From NCBI RefSeq assembly GCF_009914755.1, contig NC_060931.1: DNA of 64,000 bases. The stretch is one strand, 5' to 3'. Both the position numbers and the translations under genes were made by a program. Shown one piece after another: positions 1 to 11,772 of this stretch (positions are counted from its first letter, which is position 1; each line of letters begins with the position of its first letter). The stretch comes from the human T2T-CHM13v2.0 reference genome, Homo sapiens. The notes beneath the pieces are model-generated. The model saw nothing but the letters and a program-made list of their open reading frames with translations. It ran no database searches and was not told the DNA's origin.

Positions 1-1258
1 ATCTCTTGTGTAATTGACAAACTGCTGTTGATAATAACAGATGTAATTTATCCAATTTACACTTTTGTTTATAGTTGATCACCAGAACAGTGCAGATTCA
101 AATCCTGCAGCTATTTGATTTTGAGCTTTAAATTCTTCTGGTACCACTCATGGGACCCCAATAGCATCTATATAAATGTGAGGGTCAAAAGACCCATGAG
201 GAGCACTTCTTTTTGTCTGATTCTCCTTCTTTTTATGTTGACGGAATGCCAGGGTGAAAGGGGTGGCCAATAGGACCAGAGCACAAGTGCCACTCCAGTT
301 ACTTGGCAGAGTACCCAATAGTAGTACACCGCAATACCATCATACATCTACTCGGGAATAAACAAGGGCAGTCTGACTGGTAAACTCTTGGAAAGTCTTG
401 GTTTCACTGTACTTTTTCAGGTCTCCAAGGGACGTTAATCTTTCCCCATGCCATGAGAGACACGAGGTAAAATTAACATCAGACACTGGAGGCCGGATGG
501 CCATCAGTGACTGACCCACAGAGCCCTTCACTTCAGGGAATAGCAGTGAGAGAGTCTTGCATGCCTCATTGCCCCAGGCTGTGGGGTTTTGAAAGAGACT
601 CACCATGCAGCTCATGCCCAGTTGGTCAGAAGACCATCCAAGTGGGAAGGGGACTATTTGGGCCTCTGGTCTGCCTGCCGTGGAAGTGTAACAGTAGCTT
701 TTGTTTAACGTGCGAACAGAATATTTAATCCATTCCAGCCAGGCATTTGCATCTTGGAATCTCATTTCAATGGCTAAAGTTTGTTTTAAATCTTTAACGT
801 CTACAATGTCTACTGTAGTTTCATCACAGGGTATGGAAAGAACAACTATTTGATTGGGAGGTTTAGAAGGAGGAGAAAGGGAAGGGGGTGGGGAGCAATG
901 AAGTAGATCTCAAAGGATCCTATAGGGTCTATTCCAGGAATATCAGCTACTAGGCCATAGAAGTGACCTAAAGTGGAGTTAGTGTTGGTAAAGGTGGGGA
1001 CAGTGGTAGAGATTTGCACACGGTTACATTGTTGGAGTTGACAATTAGAGGGAGTAGTCTTTTTGGTAAAGTGGATGTAAGGTTTTAGGTTAGTGCAACC
1101 TCCTCCTGGGGAGGTCAAGCCTTGATACTTGGTGGTCCAGACCACATCTCCCCAACCAAAACAGAACTTCCACTGACTGCCTCATGCTCATTTGGTGTAA
1201 GAGTCACTCTTACAGGCAGTTTTATTTATCCAGGAAGGGCAAAGATACTTTTCTGAAA
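1..1258 (-). pseudogene. env: Retroviral env remnant (SU and start of TM) with stops and frameshifts; 5' end deleted
   Basis: ORF fragments 846-1145 and 340-765; manual translation of 240->61 gives QHKKKENQTKR/SAPHGSFDPHIYIDAIGVP*VVPEEFKAQNQIAAGFESALFW*, with a decayed furin site (QTKR, 208-219) and in-frame stops. Confidence 0.85.
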
Positions 1259-1695
1259 AAGCCATTTCAGTTGTCAGGAGCACTAGATAAGGTCCTTCCC
1301 AAGTGGGCTTGAGCTTTCCCTCTTTCCAGCTCTTGACAAGGGCTTGGTCTCCAGGTTAGTGTAAGGATTGGGGACAACAGGGTAAGTAGTTTGAACTATT
1401 TGATTAATAGCCCTGAGATCCTGTACTAGCAGGTATGACCCGTCTGGCTTCTTTACAGGCAATATTGCAGTGTTATAAGGGGATATACAGGGCTCAAGGA
1501 GTCCATTGTGGATAAGACTTTCAGCTATAGGTTTTAAACCTATTCTTGTTTTAGAGGAATAGGGTATTGCTTTCTTTTTACTATTTCCCCAGGGGTTTTT
1601 AATTTGACCTTAACTGGAGGAACTTTTAATTTTCCCCAATTTCCTTCTCTTGACCAGATATCAGGATGGATATACTCTTCATCTATGGTGGTGAG
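1259..1695 (-). pseudogene. pol: pol remnant: RT N-terminus joined directly to integrase C-terminus
   Basis: Minus strand reads SPYNTAILPVKKPDGSYLLVQDLRAINQIVQTTYPVVPNPYT, then in another frame PGDQALVKSWKEGKLKPTWEGPYLVLLTT (GPY motif). Confidence 0.85.
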
Positions 1696-2001
1696 TCAGT
1701 TTAGGGAGGTAAGAAATTTTCCCTGGTTAGCATAGAGTCCTAAGCCTAATTTTAGCATTAAATCCCTCTCTAATAAGTTTGTTTCTGTCTCTGGAATTAA
1801 CAGGAATTTAATATTAGTGGAGTGATTCTGATATTTGACCTTTGTTTCTTCTAATATTTTTGCTGTAAATCCTTCTCCTTTTACTCCTGAGATTAGAAGT
1901 TCTTCTTCTGAACAAGTTGCACCAGATGGGGAATAAGAGACAGAGGAGCAAGTCGCCCCTGAGTCGATTAAAAAGGTAATAAATTCAGATGTAAGTCCCA
2001 C
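1696..2001 (-). pseudogene. pro: Retroviral aspartic protease remnant
   Basis: ORF with FLIDSGAT active-site motif and NLLERDLM (GRD-like motif, G>E). Confidence 0.85.
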
Positions 2002-2064
2002 CTCTGAATTTATGAAGGGCTCTGGGTGGGATCTGAAATGAAAGAGACAGAGTCCCTGATCCCG

Positions 2065-3688
2065 CTATTCTTCTTCAAAGGCCATGAGTGACCTTACTTT
2101 CCTTTTCCCATTCAAGGCATTCTCGTTTGAAGTGACCTATTTTCCCATATTTGAAACGCCTATTTTGCCCTTTTTCCCTTCTCATTCCTTGACCCTCTGG
2201 TTTGATCCCTTTGTTTCCCATGTAGGGTCTAACAGCCAGACACTTAGAAGATTTACAAGCTCCATTTCCCTAGGCTCTCTCCTGGAGAGTTCTCTGTGGC
2301 ATGGCAGAAAACATAATTCTTGCTTTTTGCCTTTGCTTTTCCTCATCCCTCTGTACATATGCTTTTTGGGCTTTTCTTAAAAGCTCTTCTATGGGATGGT
2401 CTTTCCAATTTTCTATCTTTTGTAATATTTTGTAATGTCCAACTATTTGTAACAAAATGGAACTTTAACATCCCTTGTCCAAGGGGGTCTTCTAAGTCTA
2501 ATCCAGCATATTTCCTCATTTGCTCCTTGAGACTTTCTAAGAATTCCATAGGTCCTTCATCCTTTCCCTGTTGTATGTTAAAAGCTTTGGTAATATTTTG
2601 AGTTAGAGGAACTGATTCCTGAATCCCTTTAATTATCATATCTCTGAGATCCCTTATATCTCCTCGATGGGCTGCATTACTGTTATCCCATTGAGGATCT
2701 TGGGCCAGGAACTTTTGTTCAGCTGCAGGGACATTATGACTGGGGTAGGGGGTGTTCACATTCCCAAACCATCATAGCAGCCCTACAGATCATGCATTTT
2801 TCCTCTCCCGAAAAGTGGATGCTTAAGATGGACATTAACTCAACCCAAGTATGTAACTGGGGTCCCAGAAATTGATGGATTTGATCTGACATACCATAGG
2901 GATCATCTAAGAGTGGTCTAAGCTCCCTTTTCAGGTTTCTAACTTCTGAGCTGGTTAAATCGGCATTCACAAAGCCAATGTCCCCTCCTCCTAGAGGCAC
3001 TTCCCTTAAGGAAAAAAGTTGGTGGTCGATCCTCTGGTGGTAGAGGGGAAAGGGAAGTTTTGAATATCCTTCTTACATTTTTCTATCTCATGTTGAAGCC
3101 TTCCTAAAGGAGGATATTCAGGCTGGAGATGACTCCAAGAGTCAGGGTTATGAGGGGGAGAGCAGAGTGAGTTGGGGAAGGACTAGGGGCAGCAGCATTT
3201 GCTTGAAGGGGAGGGAGGTTAGAGGTGGCAGTGGTGGGAGCGGACGCTGGTGGAGGAAGGTGGTCTAAAGGGTTCCACATGCTAGTGGATGGTTTCAGAT
3301 TAGGGATCTTAATTTCCTCAGGGGAAGCAGTTCCCTGCTTGTCTTTTGTAGTTTTTAAGGGATTTAGAAGAACAGACCCCTGCCACCAACACAGGGCATA
3401 GTCTATTTCCTCCTGGGAGACAGGACCTTTGTTATTGACATATTCTATTAAAAGTTGGCAAATCCAATCCTCATTAGACCCAAACTTGGGCCAGAAGACT
3501 GAGGGTTTGAGGACAGGTTCTTTAATCCAAATAAAACAGTAATATCTTATCATTTGCTGCTTTTTATTATGTTTCGTTCTTTCATTATCCTTCCAATATT
3601 TTAACATGAGACCTAGAGGGCTGTCTAAGGGGATTATACTGTCTGTCTTTTCCTTTTTATCCCCCATCTTGCTTGAGCTATTTCCCAT
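2065..3688 (-). pseudogene. gag: Gag remnant (MA-CA-NC), frameshifted
   Basis: ORFs 3104-3739 (MGNSSS myristoylation-type start), 2734-3000, 2343-2759 (QQGKDEGPMEFLESLKE, MHR-like), 2270-2455; degenerate zinc knuckle RFKYGKIGHFKREC near 2118-2160. Confidence 0.88.
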
Positions 3689-3727
3689 CCCGGAAGTTTT
3701 TAGGTGTTTCCCTGAGTGTCCCAAGTG

Positions 3728-3860
3728 TGTGGGGCTCAACCTCTCTCACTAGAGATTTCTTGCTCCCTTGGCTCTAGAGGCTCATCCCCTGCCCCAGCTG
3801 GAGGTTTCTTGTACTCTGCTGTAGAGGCTCAACACCCCCTGCTGGAGGTTTCTTGCATTC
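3728..3860 (-). repeat. Three diverged ~45-50 bp tandem units in the proviral leader
   Basis: Recurring ggctca...ct(a/g)gag(a/g)tttcttg units starting near 3731, 3777 and 3824. Confidence 0.7.
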
Positions 3861-4298
3861 TTATACTTTTGCTTTTTCTGTCTCTGGCCACTTCCCCAGA
3901 GGGAATTTAGGTACCTCTTAACATTGGTGGGTCAGTATAAACCCCCGACAGGCAAGCCACCATAAGCCATATGAGGTGACCATGGAACCACAGATCAGGA
4001 CTCTACACTTAGCGCTCAATTGTGCATCTCATTCACACACTTTCAACTGTCAGAATGTCCCGACCACCAAGGAAATAATTCACTGCCCCTGCAGTTTTTC
4101 TTACCTTGGTCTGTGCATAGAGTTACCTGGTCACCCCGGTATCTGTAGGCCTTTTCTTCCCATGTTGCTGAGGATCCATGTTTATTTGTCACGCTGGTTG
4201 GGTCTCGATTCCTTACCCCTGAGATCACCACAATGAGGCAGCTGGATGTATCTCCCCACAAGAGGTGATCTGAGACCCTTCCCTGGAGGAGAATGGGA

Positions 4299-4316
4299 AT
4301 CCCAGATGAGCCCCCA
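4299..4316 (-). other. Primer-binding site, tRNA-Pro
   Basis: Minus strand TGGGGGCTCATCTGGGAT versus canonical TGGGGGCTCGTCCGGGAT (2 CpG-type changes), 4 nt from the LTR end. Confidence 0.9.
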
Positions 4317-4320
4317 GGCT

Positions 4321-4782
4321 TGTTGGAAACAAATGCTCGGTGCTGCAGGGAAGAACCAGCACTTACGCAAAATTTTTCTCAGCAAGGCAATTTGCTTCTG
4401 CAGAAGGGTGCTGCCTGCATCAGTTACGATTGCAAGAGCACACTGAACAAAGGAGAGAAGTGGTTTTTATCCCTAATGCAGTTCCTGTCCCTGTGTCTAG
4501 GGTTGGACTGCACAATCTAAACTGATCCTGACTGGCTAAGACTTAAACTTTTCTAAACAGGGTAAATGCACAGTCTGTAAGAGGAGGAGGGGGTAGGAGT
4601 GGTGGTCCATCCACTAGAATACAAGGCATGTCTGGACATGTCTGGGCATGTCAGGGTGCAACTAGAGTGGGAGAGTTGTTGGCAGGCTGGAAACAAAGAG
4701 TACAAGGAGGTTGGGCTTTTGAACAAAGGACAGGAACATTATACAATTAAACCTTTTGAAGAGTAATTTATCATTCCTAACA
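4321..4782 (-). mobile_element. 5' LTR, LTR10 family (462 bp)
   Basis: Minus strand TGTTAGGAA...TTCCAACA termini, abutting the PBS; p53 decamers are typical of some LTR10 subfamilies. Confidence 0.8.
4624..4653. promoter_or_regulatory. p53 response element, three contiguous decamers
   Basis: AGGCATGTCT GGACATGTCT GGGCATGTCA versus RRRCWWGYYY: 10/10, 10/10, 9/10, zero spacer. Confidence 0.85.
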
Positions 4783-4907
4783 AAGAAAAAATGGGTAATA
4801 CCTATGTAGCATGGGAGAAACTTCTACAGCACTGTGCAACTAACTTTGCAAGATACAGATTAAACATAAATGGAGTTAAAATAGCTCATTGTAGAGAGGT
4901 AACCCCA

Positions 4908-5751
<844 letters not shown>

Positions 5752-6334
5752 CCGGCCACAGCTCTAGAAGCTCTAAATAGACAGCCAGAGGGACTCAGTA
5801 AAGGTGAATTCATCAGCATAAATGAGCAAAGTGGTTGTGATGAAAAGGATGAAGAATTAAAAGAATTCTTAGAAATGTCATGACATTGAAAGCACAAAGC
5901 ATACAACACTAGAAGCTAATTTAAGCCTAATAAGGAGAGTGAAAATTTGCCCAGGTGTAAAAAATGTTTCCTCCCTATTGTAAGTGGCGCAATGAGAAGA
6001 AAGCAGGTACTGTTCAAACTATTCTTGATAAATGTTTTACAAAAAAATAAAGCACTTTAATTTTCAAGTTTCTGCTGTTTTTGATTATAGTGTACTAAAT
6101 AAATGTTAGTTTTATTATTTTTTGACATACCTATACATTCATAACTGACAGAAGTTTTAAATATTTCAACAAAAAATTTGAAAGGTCATGAACAGACATA
6201 ATTTTTTTGCATAAATTATTAAGACTGCTTTGCCTGGATTCAGTTTGCACAGTTATTTTCATGGTTCCTCAGAATGTGCAAAGTGAACATTGTCACATAT
6301 ATCACATATATAATATTTGAATGTGGAGAGAAAT

Positions 6335-6625
6335 TGATTCATTTACTTAACAGATATTTATTTAGCACTGACTCTTTACCAAGAACTGGGGATATACGGT
6401 GACCAAATAACAGTATCAAATCTTATGAATAAATTTAAAATATGTCTAGTGATTTTAAGAGTTATAAAGAAAAGTAAATCTAAACAATGGGATAGAGTTT
6501 AGGGCAGGAGGATGGTATATTCTTTTTCTATATTGTGGTCCCTGACAGCCTGTCTGTAAGCTGACATTGGACATAGAAATGCAGATGGCTGGAGGAAGAG
6601 AATTCCAGAGAAAGGAAATACTAAG
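6335..6625 (-). mobile_element. L2 fragment
   Basis: attcatttacttaacagatatttatttagcact, an L2 3' end signature. Confidence 0.55.
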
Positions 6626-7254
6626 CACAGTATTGTTCTCTATTATTATTCATGATTCTACAAAATGTTTTTCTTCGTAGCTCAGGAGCCAGATCTTGGT
6701 GAAGTATTGAAAAACAATCATAAGGCTGTTGCTATATTTAGGAACCCATAGAATGCTCAGCATATGATGATCCCTAAATAGTTGTGCTTCCAGACCAGTG
6801 GAATGGTGCATGGATTTATTTGTTGCCTTACAATTTCTTGAAAAACATATTAATTCAAATTCTGCTTGGTTTTCCAGTACATAATTAGGCAGAGGCAATT
6901 CGGTTGAGAAAGCACTGTTTCTACTACTCAAACATTATTTCTGAGATGCCAAACATGTTATGGTTAACAACTCTCACATCTTTAAACAATCTTCTATTGA
7001 AGTTTATATATGTTTCTACTTTGTGAGGCATATTATTGATGCATAGGTCTGAATTAGCTCTACCTTCTCTTTACTCATTTCCACAATCAGGCCATGAACT
7101 CTGATTTTTTTTTCTCTGTTGAATGACAATTGCTTTAAGGAGAAAAAGATCAAATACTTGGTAAAATGGAAATTAAATACATGTTACATATTTGTGGTCA
7201 AACTCCAGAAACAATTGTAAGAAAAACAAAGGTGTATTTACTGGTTAAATCTTC

Positions 7255-7392
7255 AAACAATCTCTGAAGCAGATACTACTATTATGATTACTTTGCAGAT
7301 GAAGACCAGACTCAGAGAGCTAATAACTGGTAGATCTGGGATTTGAACCCAGAAAGTGGGACTCCAGATCCTGCACTCTTAATCACTGCCTT
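7255..7392 (-). mobile_element. MIR fragment
   Basis: tttgcagatgaag...gggatttgaacccag...cttaatcact core. Confidence 0.6.
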
Positions 7393-8440
7393 AATCACTG
7401 AACTGGACTGAATCAAAGGGCCCAGTTGTCTGAGAAAATTGTTTGCCATATGCGCTTCGTCTTCCCTGTAGTTGTTGTGCAAGCATCATTTTGCTCCATA
7501 CAAGGTTCACTCAAGCAGAATACTGAAAAAGATCAAAGCTCTTTATCCAGCTTAATAGTTTTAGAAAAAGAAAAGGCAGATTGAATCAACTGAAATAAGA
7601 AATGTACTCATAAAAACATGGCTATTTCTGCGGTACAACATAGCAACTATTAGAAAGTTTAAGAGAACTAAAGAGTTACTCTTGTTATGCATATGCACAT
7701 TAATATAAATGGAAGCTCTCTGAGTACAGTGAAAAATCACTCCCTAGGCAGAGACTAGTATGAATGTTTCACGGGGCTAATGAATAGGAAGATTCTAGCT
7801 ATTGGAATCAGGAAGGTTACTATATAATTCATAAAGGCTTTTAGTAATACACAAATGTCTGTTTTTTAAAAAGTGACGTAGACCATCTTTATCACAGTCA
7901 CTTAAATTATTAATAAAACCATAGCTTTTAAGATGGTCTCAATAAAAATGAATTGTAACGCATGATTCGGAGATTGTTAAGGCAGACTTGTATTTTGTAA
8001 TTTATGTGTTTGTGAAGTCTGCCTACTTGTTTTAGTTCTTTTAGTTTGCTTACCAACATAACAGCTTAGCTTTTTCTTCGAAGCCAAGGTACACGATAAA
8101 GCAGTTCTCAGGTACTTAAGTATAAAGATGAAAGGTACTCTTCCCACTGTCCCAGTTTGCCTTCTCTGTTGAGGATATGGAAGGATGCCTCTTAGGAAGA
8201 CTATACTCCTCCAGTCAGAGGAAAGTGACTCCACTTTCAAAGTTTCCAATGTAATGCGTATATGTAAGATTTAAACTGTAAAATATTTTGGATGATTTGT
8301 TTTTACAGAAACACGTTTTACATAGCTGATGTTAAATGATATGGAGAATCCTACTGAGTAACCTCTGCCCTCAAGGAAGGATCATAAAATCTATTGGATA
8401 CCTTATAGGGAAGCAATAGGGCACTTTAAAAGCCCCTCAG

Positions 8441-8808
8441 GTATTTCAGGCTGTTTTGGCTATTGTAACAAAATACTATAAACTGGGTAGTTCATAAACA
8501 AAAGGAATTTATTTCTCACAGTTCTAGAGGCTGGGAAATTCAAAATCAAGATTCCAGCAGGTTCAGTGTCTAGTGAGGATCTACTTTCGGGTTAGTAGAT
8601 GGTGTCTTTTCACTGTGTCCTTATATGGTGGAAAGAGCGACCAAGCTCCCTCATGCCTCCTTTTTAAGTGCACTAATCACTTTCATGGAATGCTCCACCC
8701 TCATGACCTAATCACCTTCCAAAGTTCCCACTTCCTAATATATTACCTTGGTGGTTAGGATTTCAACATAGGCATTTCAGAGTGACACAAACATTCAAGA
8801 CCATAGCA
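8441..8808 (-). mobile_element. MaLR solo LTR (MLT1A-like)
   Basis: tttatttctcacagttctagaggctgggaa...cctcatgacctaatcacct...ccatagca. Confidence 0.8.
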
Positions 8809-9039
8809 TCAGGTACTATGATACTAGAAAGACACAAGAAAGGATTCTAGTTTCACTTCTCAGGATGACAAGACTTAATACATTCCTGAATATTCATTCC
8901 CTTGCTTGTAAAATGGAATGATGATAATATCAATCTTGTAAGATTTTTGCAAGGATTATAAATGTCTAATATGTCCTAGACTTAATAAGTCCAATATGGA
9001 ACTCTCGGCTTCCCTTTCCTTAATGAAAAAAAATTTTGT

Positions 9040-9830
9040 CCCCGGCTTTCCCCAACTTATGAAATAGCAGGATCTTTCACCCAATTTCTCAACACAGAAA
9101 CAGAAGACTTATACTTGATTACTTTCTTACTCTCATGCCTACATTCAATATTTTAGCAAGTTTGAAGAATGCTCACTTTAATATGAGTCCCAGATGTGGC
9201 CTCTTCTTACCGTCTTCCATTCTGACTCACCAGACTTCTCAATAGTTTCCAAAATGTTCTCTCTGCTTAGTCTTTCCTCCACGTTATTCTCAACACAAGA
9301 ACCAGAATGACATTTTAAATGCATGCAATAGATCACCTCACTTTCTTGTTCAAAATTCTCCTCCAATGATTTCTTAACTCATTTAAAATGAAATGTAGTC
9401 TCTTCAACATGGCCTTCAAGATCCTACAAGATCTGGCTCCTCTCCCTCTCTCTCGCCCTCTCTCTCTCTTTCCCGCTTGTGTCCAATCACTTGATCTCCT
9501 GGCCATATCTTTCTAGCCATATTGATGGTCCTTTGTTCCTGGAATGTTCCTAACTCATTCTGATCTTATGAGTGTTTGCATGTGAAGTCATACCTGGCTG
9601 GCTCTGTCATGCCTCCTCACATAAGTCTTCCCTAACCATCTAGTAAAAACAGCCCCCAGCCATTACCACATTATCTTGTTGAACTCTCCTCACAGCACTT
9701 ACGTCTATATAAAATTACCACCTCCATAAGGTTCACAGAGCAGGAACATTGGCTATTTTGTTCATTGTCATATCCCAAAGATACTTAATATAAGCAGATT
9801 ACAATTGATCATTTAATTAACATTAGTTGA
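9040..9830 (+). mobile_element. L2 fragment
   Basis: Typical L2 3' segments (acatggccttcaagatcctacaagatctggctcc; ctccataaggttcacagag). Confidence 0.55.
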
Positions 9831-10330
9831 AGAAACGACTGGATTAATGTTAACATATATGCAAATTTAGGCATACAATAGGCACACAGCAAATGTAATA
9901 TACATGTAGTAATTTAAAAAGGTACAAAACTCTGAAAGACAGTATGGTATAAATTAAAAGCTATAAAAACTCTACAGGGATACAAACCCTTCACTTATGT
10001 GATAATCTAGTCTAAGAAAAAATGGGAAGAAATTTATGGAGAAAGTGACATCCATTAGGCCTTGAAGGATCGGTGGGGGTTTTATAAGAGGAAAATGGAG
10101 GAAATAGATGCTAAAGAGCTGTAGCAGTGTGTGCAACATCAGAGGCAGAATTACTGTGTGGTTCTGTGTATGTGGAAAATAAATTAATAGGCAGTGAGCT
10201 TCATGATGAGAAGCTTGAGAGATTATATCAGGTCAGGTCACTGGGAATATTACAGGAATTTGGTTTTGTAGAGAATAACATGAATCTGATTTTGGTCATG
10301 CATATGGAGGTGTCAAGCAAGCAGCTGGAG

Positions 10331-10976
10331 ATTGTCTTAGTCTGTTTTCTGCTGCTATCACAGAATACTTGAGACAGGGTAATTTACAGAGAAAGTAAAT
10401 TTGTTTGGCTCATAATTCTGGAGGCTGGGAAGTCCCGTATCAAGGAGTCAGCTTTCTGGCAAGGGCCTCATGCTGTGTTAGCTCATGGTGGAAGGCAAAT
10501 GGGCAAGAGAGCCTGACAGAAAGAGGAAGGGGGCCACACTCAACTTTTTTCTTTGAGATGGAGTCTCACTCTTGTCATCCAGGCTGGAGTACAATGGTGC
10601 AATCTTGTCTCACTGCAATCTCTGCCTTCTGCATTGAAGTGATTCTCCTGCCTCAGCCTCCCAAGTAGCTGGGATTATAGGTGCTTGCCACCACATCCTG
10701 CTAATTTTTGTATTTTTTAGTAGAGATGAGGTTTCACCATGTTGGCCAGGGTGGTGTCGAACTCCTGACCTCAGGTGATCCACTCGCCTCAACCTCCCAA
10801 AGTATACACTCATCTTTTTTAGCCGGAACCCATTCTTTTTATAATGGCATTATTCTATTCATGAGGCAGAGCCCTCATGATCTAATCACCTCTTAAAGGA
10901 CCCACCTCTCAACAATGTTGCATTGGGGATTGAGTTTCCAACACATGAAGTTTGGGGGACACATTCTAACCACAGC
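10331..10976 (-). mobile_element. MaLR solo LTR (MLT1A/MST-like) containing an Alu
   Basis: tgtcttagtctgttttctgctgctat...ctaaccacagca termini. Confidence 0.8.
10546..10803 (-). mobile_element. Alu, 5'-truncated
   Basis: Alu consensus; TSD acactca(a/t)ctttttt at ~10536 and ~10806. Confidence 0.93.
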
Positions 10977-11341
10977 AGAGATTTAAGTCTGAGGCTCAGA
11001 AGTGAGGGCAGTCCTGAAATTGTAGAGGTCAGGGGAAAACTGGTAGAGGTGAGTGTTAAAGCAGGGAGATGATGAAATAGTTCAGAGAGAAGCTGGGGGA
11101 ACACTCCCTCTCACTGGGTGTAGAGAAGAAGAGGAACTACCAAGCATGTGGGAAATATTATTCAGAAACGTAGGAAGGGAATCACAGAAGCAAATTAAAG
11201 CTGAAGTGAGAATTTAAAGAAGTATGTGGTGTTCAATAGAACTGCTTCTTGCCAAGAGGAAGAGTGAAATGAAGAATGAGAAGAGATGGTTGACTTTGAT
11301 AATAGATGACGAGAAACTTCCTTTCAATAAAGTGGAGAATT

Positions 11342-11772
11342 TGATATAGTTTGTATGTGTGGCCCTCCCCAAATCTCATATTGAAGTGTAATCCCCAATG
11401 TTGGAGGTGGGGCCTGGTGGGAAGTGATTGGATCATGGGTGTGGATTTCTCATGAATGGTTTAGCGCCATCCCCCTTGGAACTGTCACTGTGATAGTGAC
11501 TGAATTCTCATGAGATCTGGTCATTTAAAAGTGGAACCTCCCCCCTCACTCTCTTGTTTTCTTGCTCCTGTTCTGGCCATTGTGATGTGCCTGCTCCCCC
11601 TACAACTTCCACCATGATTGTAAGTTTTCTGAGGCCTACCCAGAAACTGAGCAGACGCTAGCATCATGCTTCTTGTACAGCCTGCAGAGCCATGAGCCCA
11701 TTAAACCTCTTTTCTTTATAAACTACCAGTCTCAGGTATTTCTTTACGGCAATGTGAGAAGCAACTAATACA
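11342..11772 (+). mobile_element. MaLR solo LTR (MSTA/MSTB-like)
   Basis: tgatatagtttg...attaaacctcttttctttataaa...ctaataca. Confidence 0.85.

Larger units (their letters stand above)
1..4782 (-). mobile_element. HERV-I/HERVIP10-type (ERV1) provirus, internally deleted; 3' end lies beyond the left edge of the window
   Basis: Minus-strand order LTR(4321-4782), PBS-Pro, gag, pro, RT fragment, IN C-terminus, env; Gag N-terminus MGNSSSK...IPLDSPLGLMLKYWKDNERTKH resembles the HERV-I group. Confidence 0.9.

Noticed and set aside
7980-8024. 10-bp stem AGGCAGACTT/AAGTCTGCCT as a possible pre-miRNA
   Set aside because: The stem is too short and does not extend; expected by chance.
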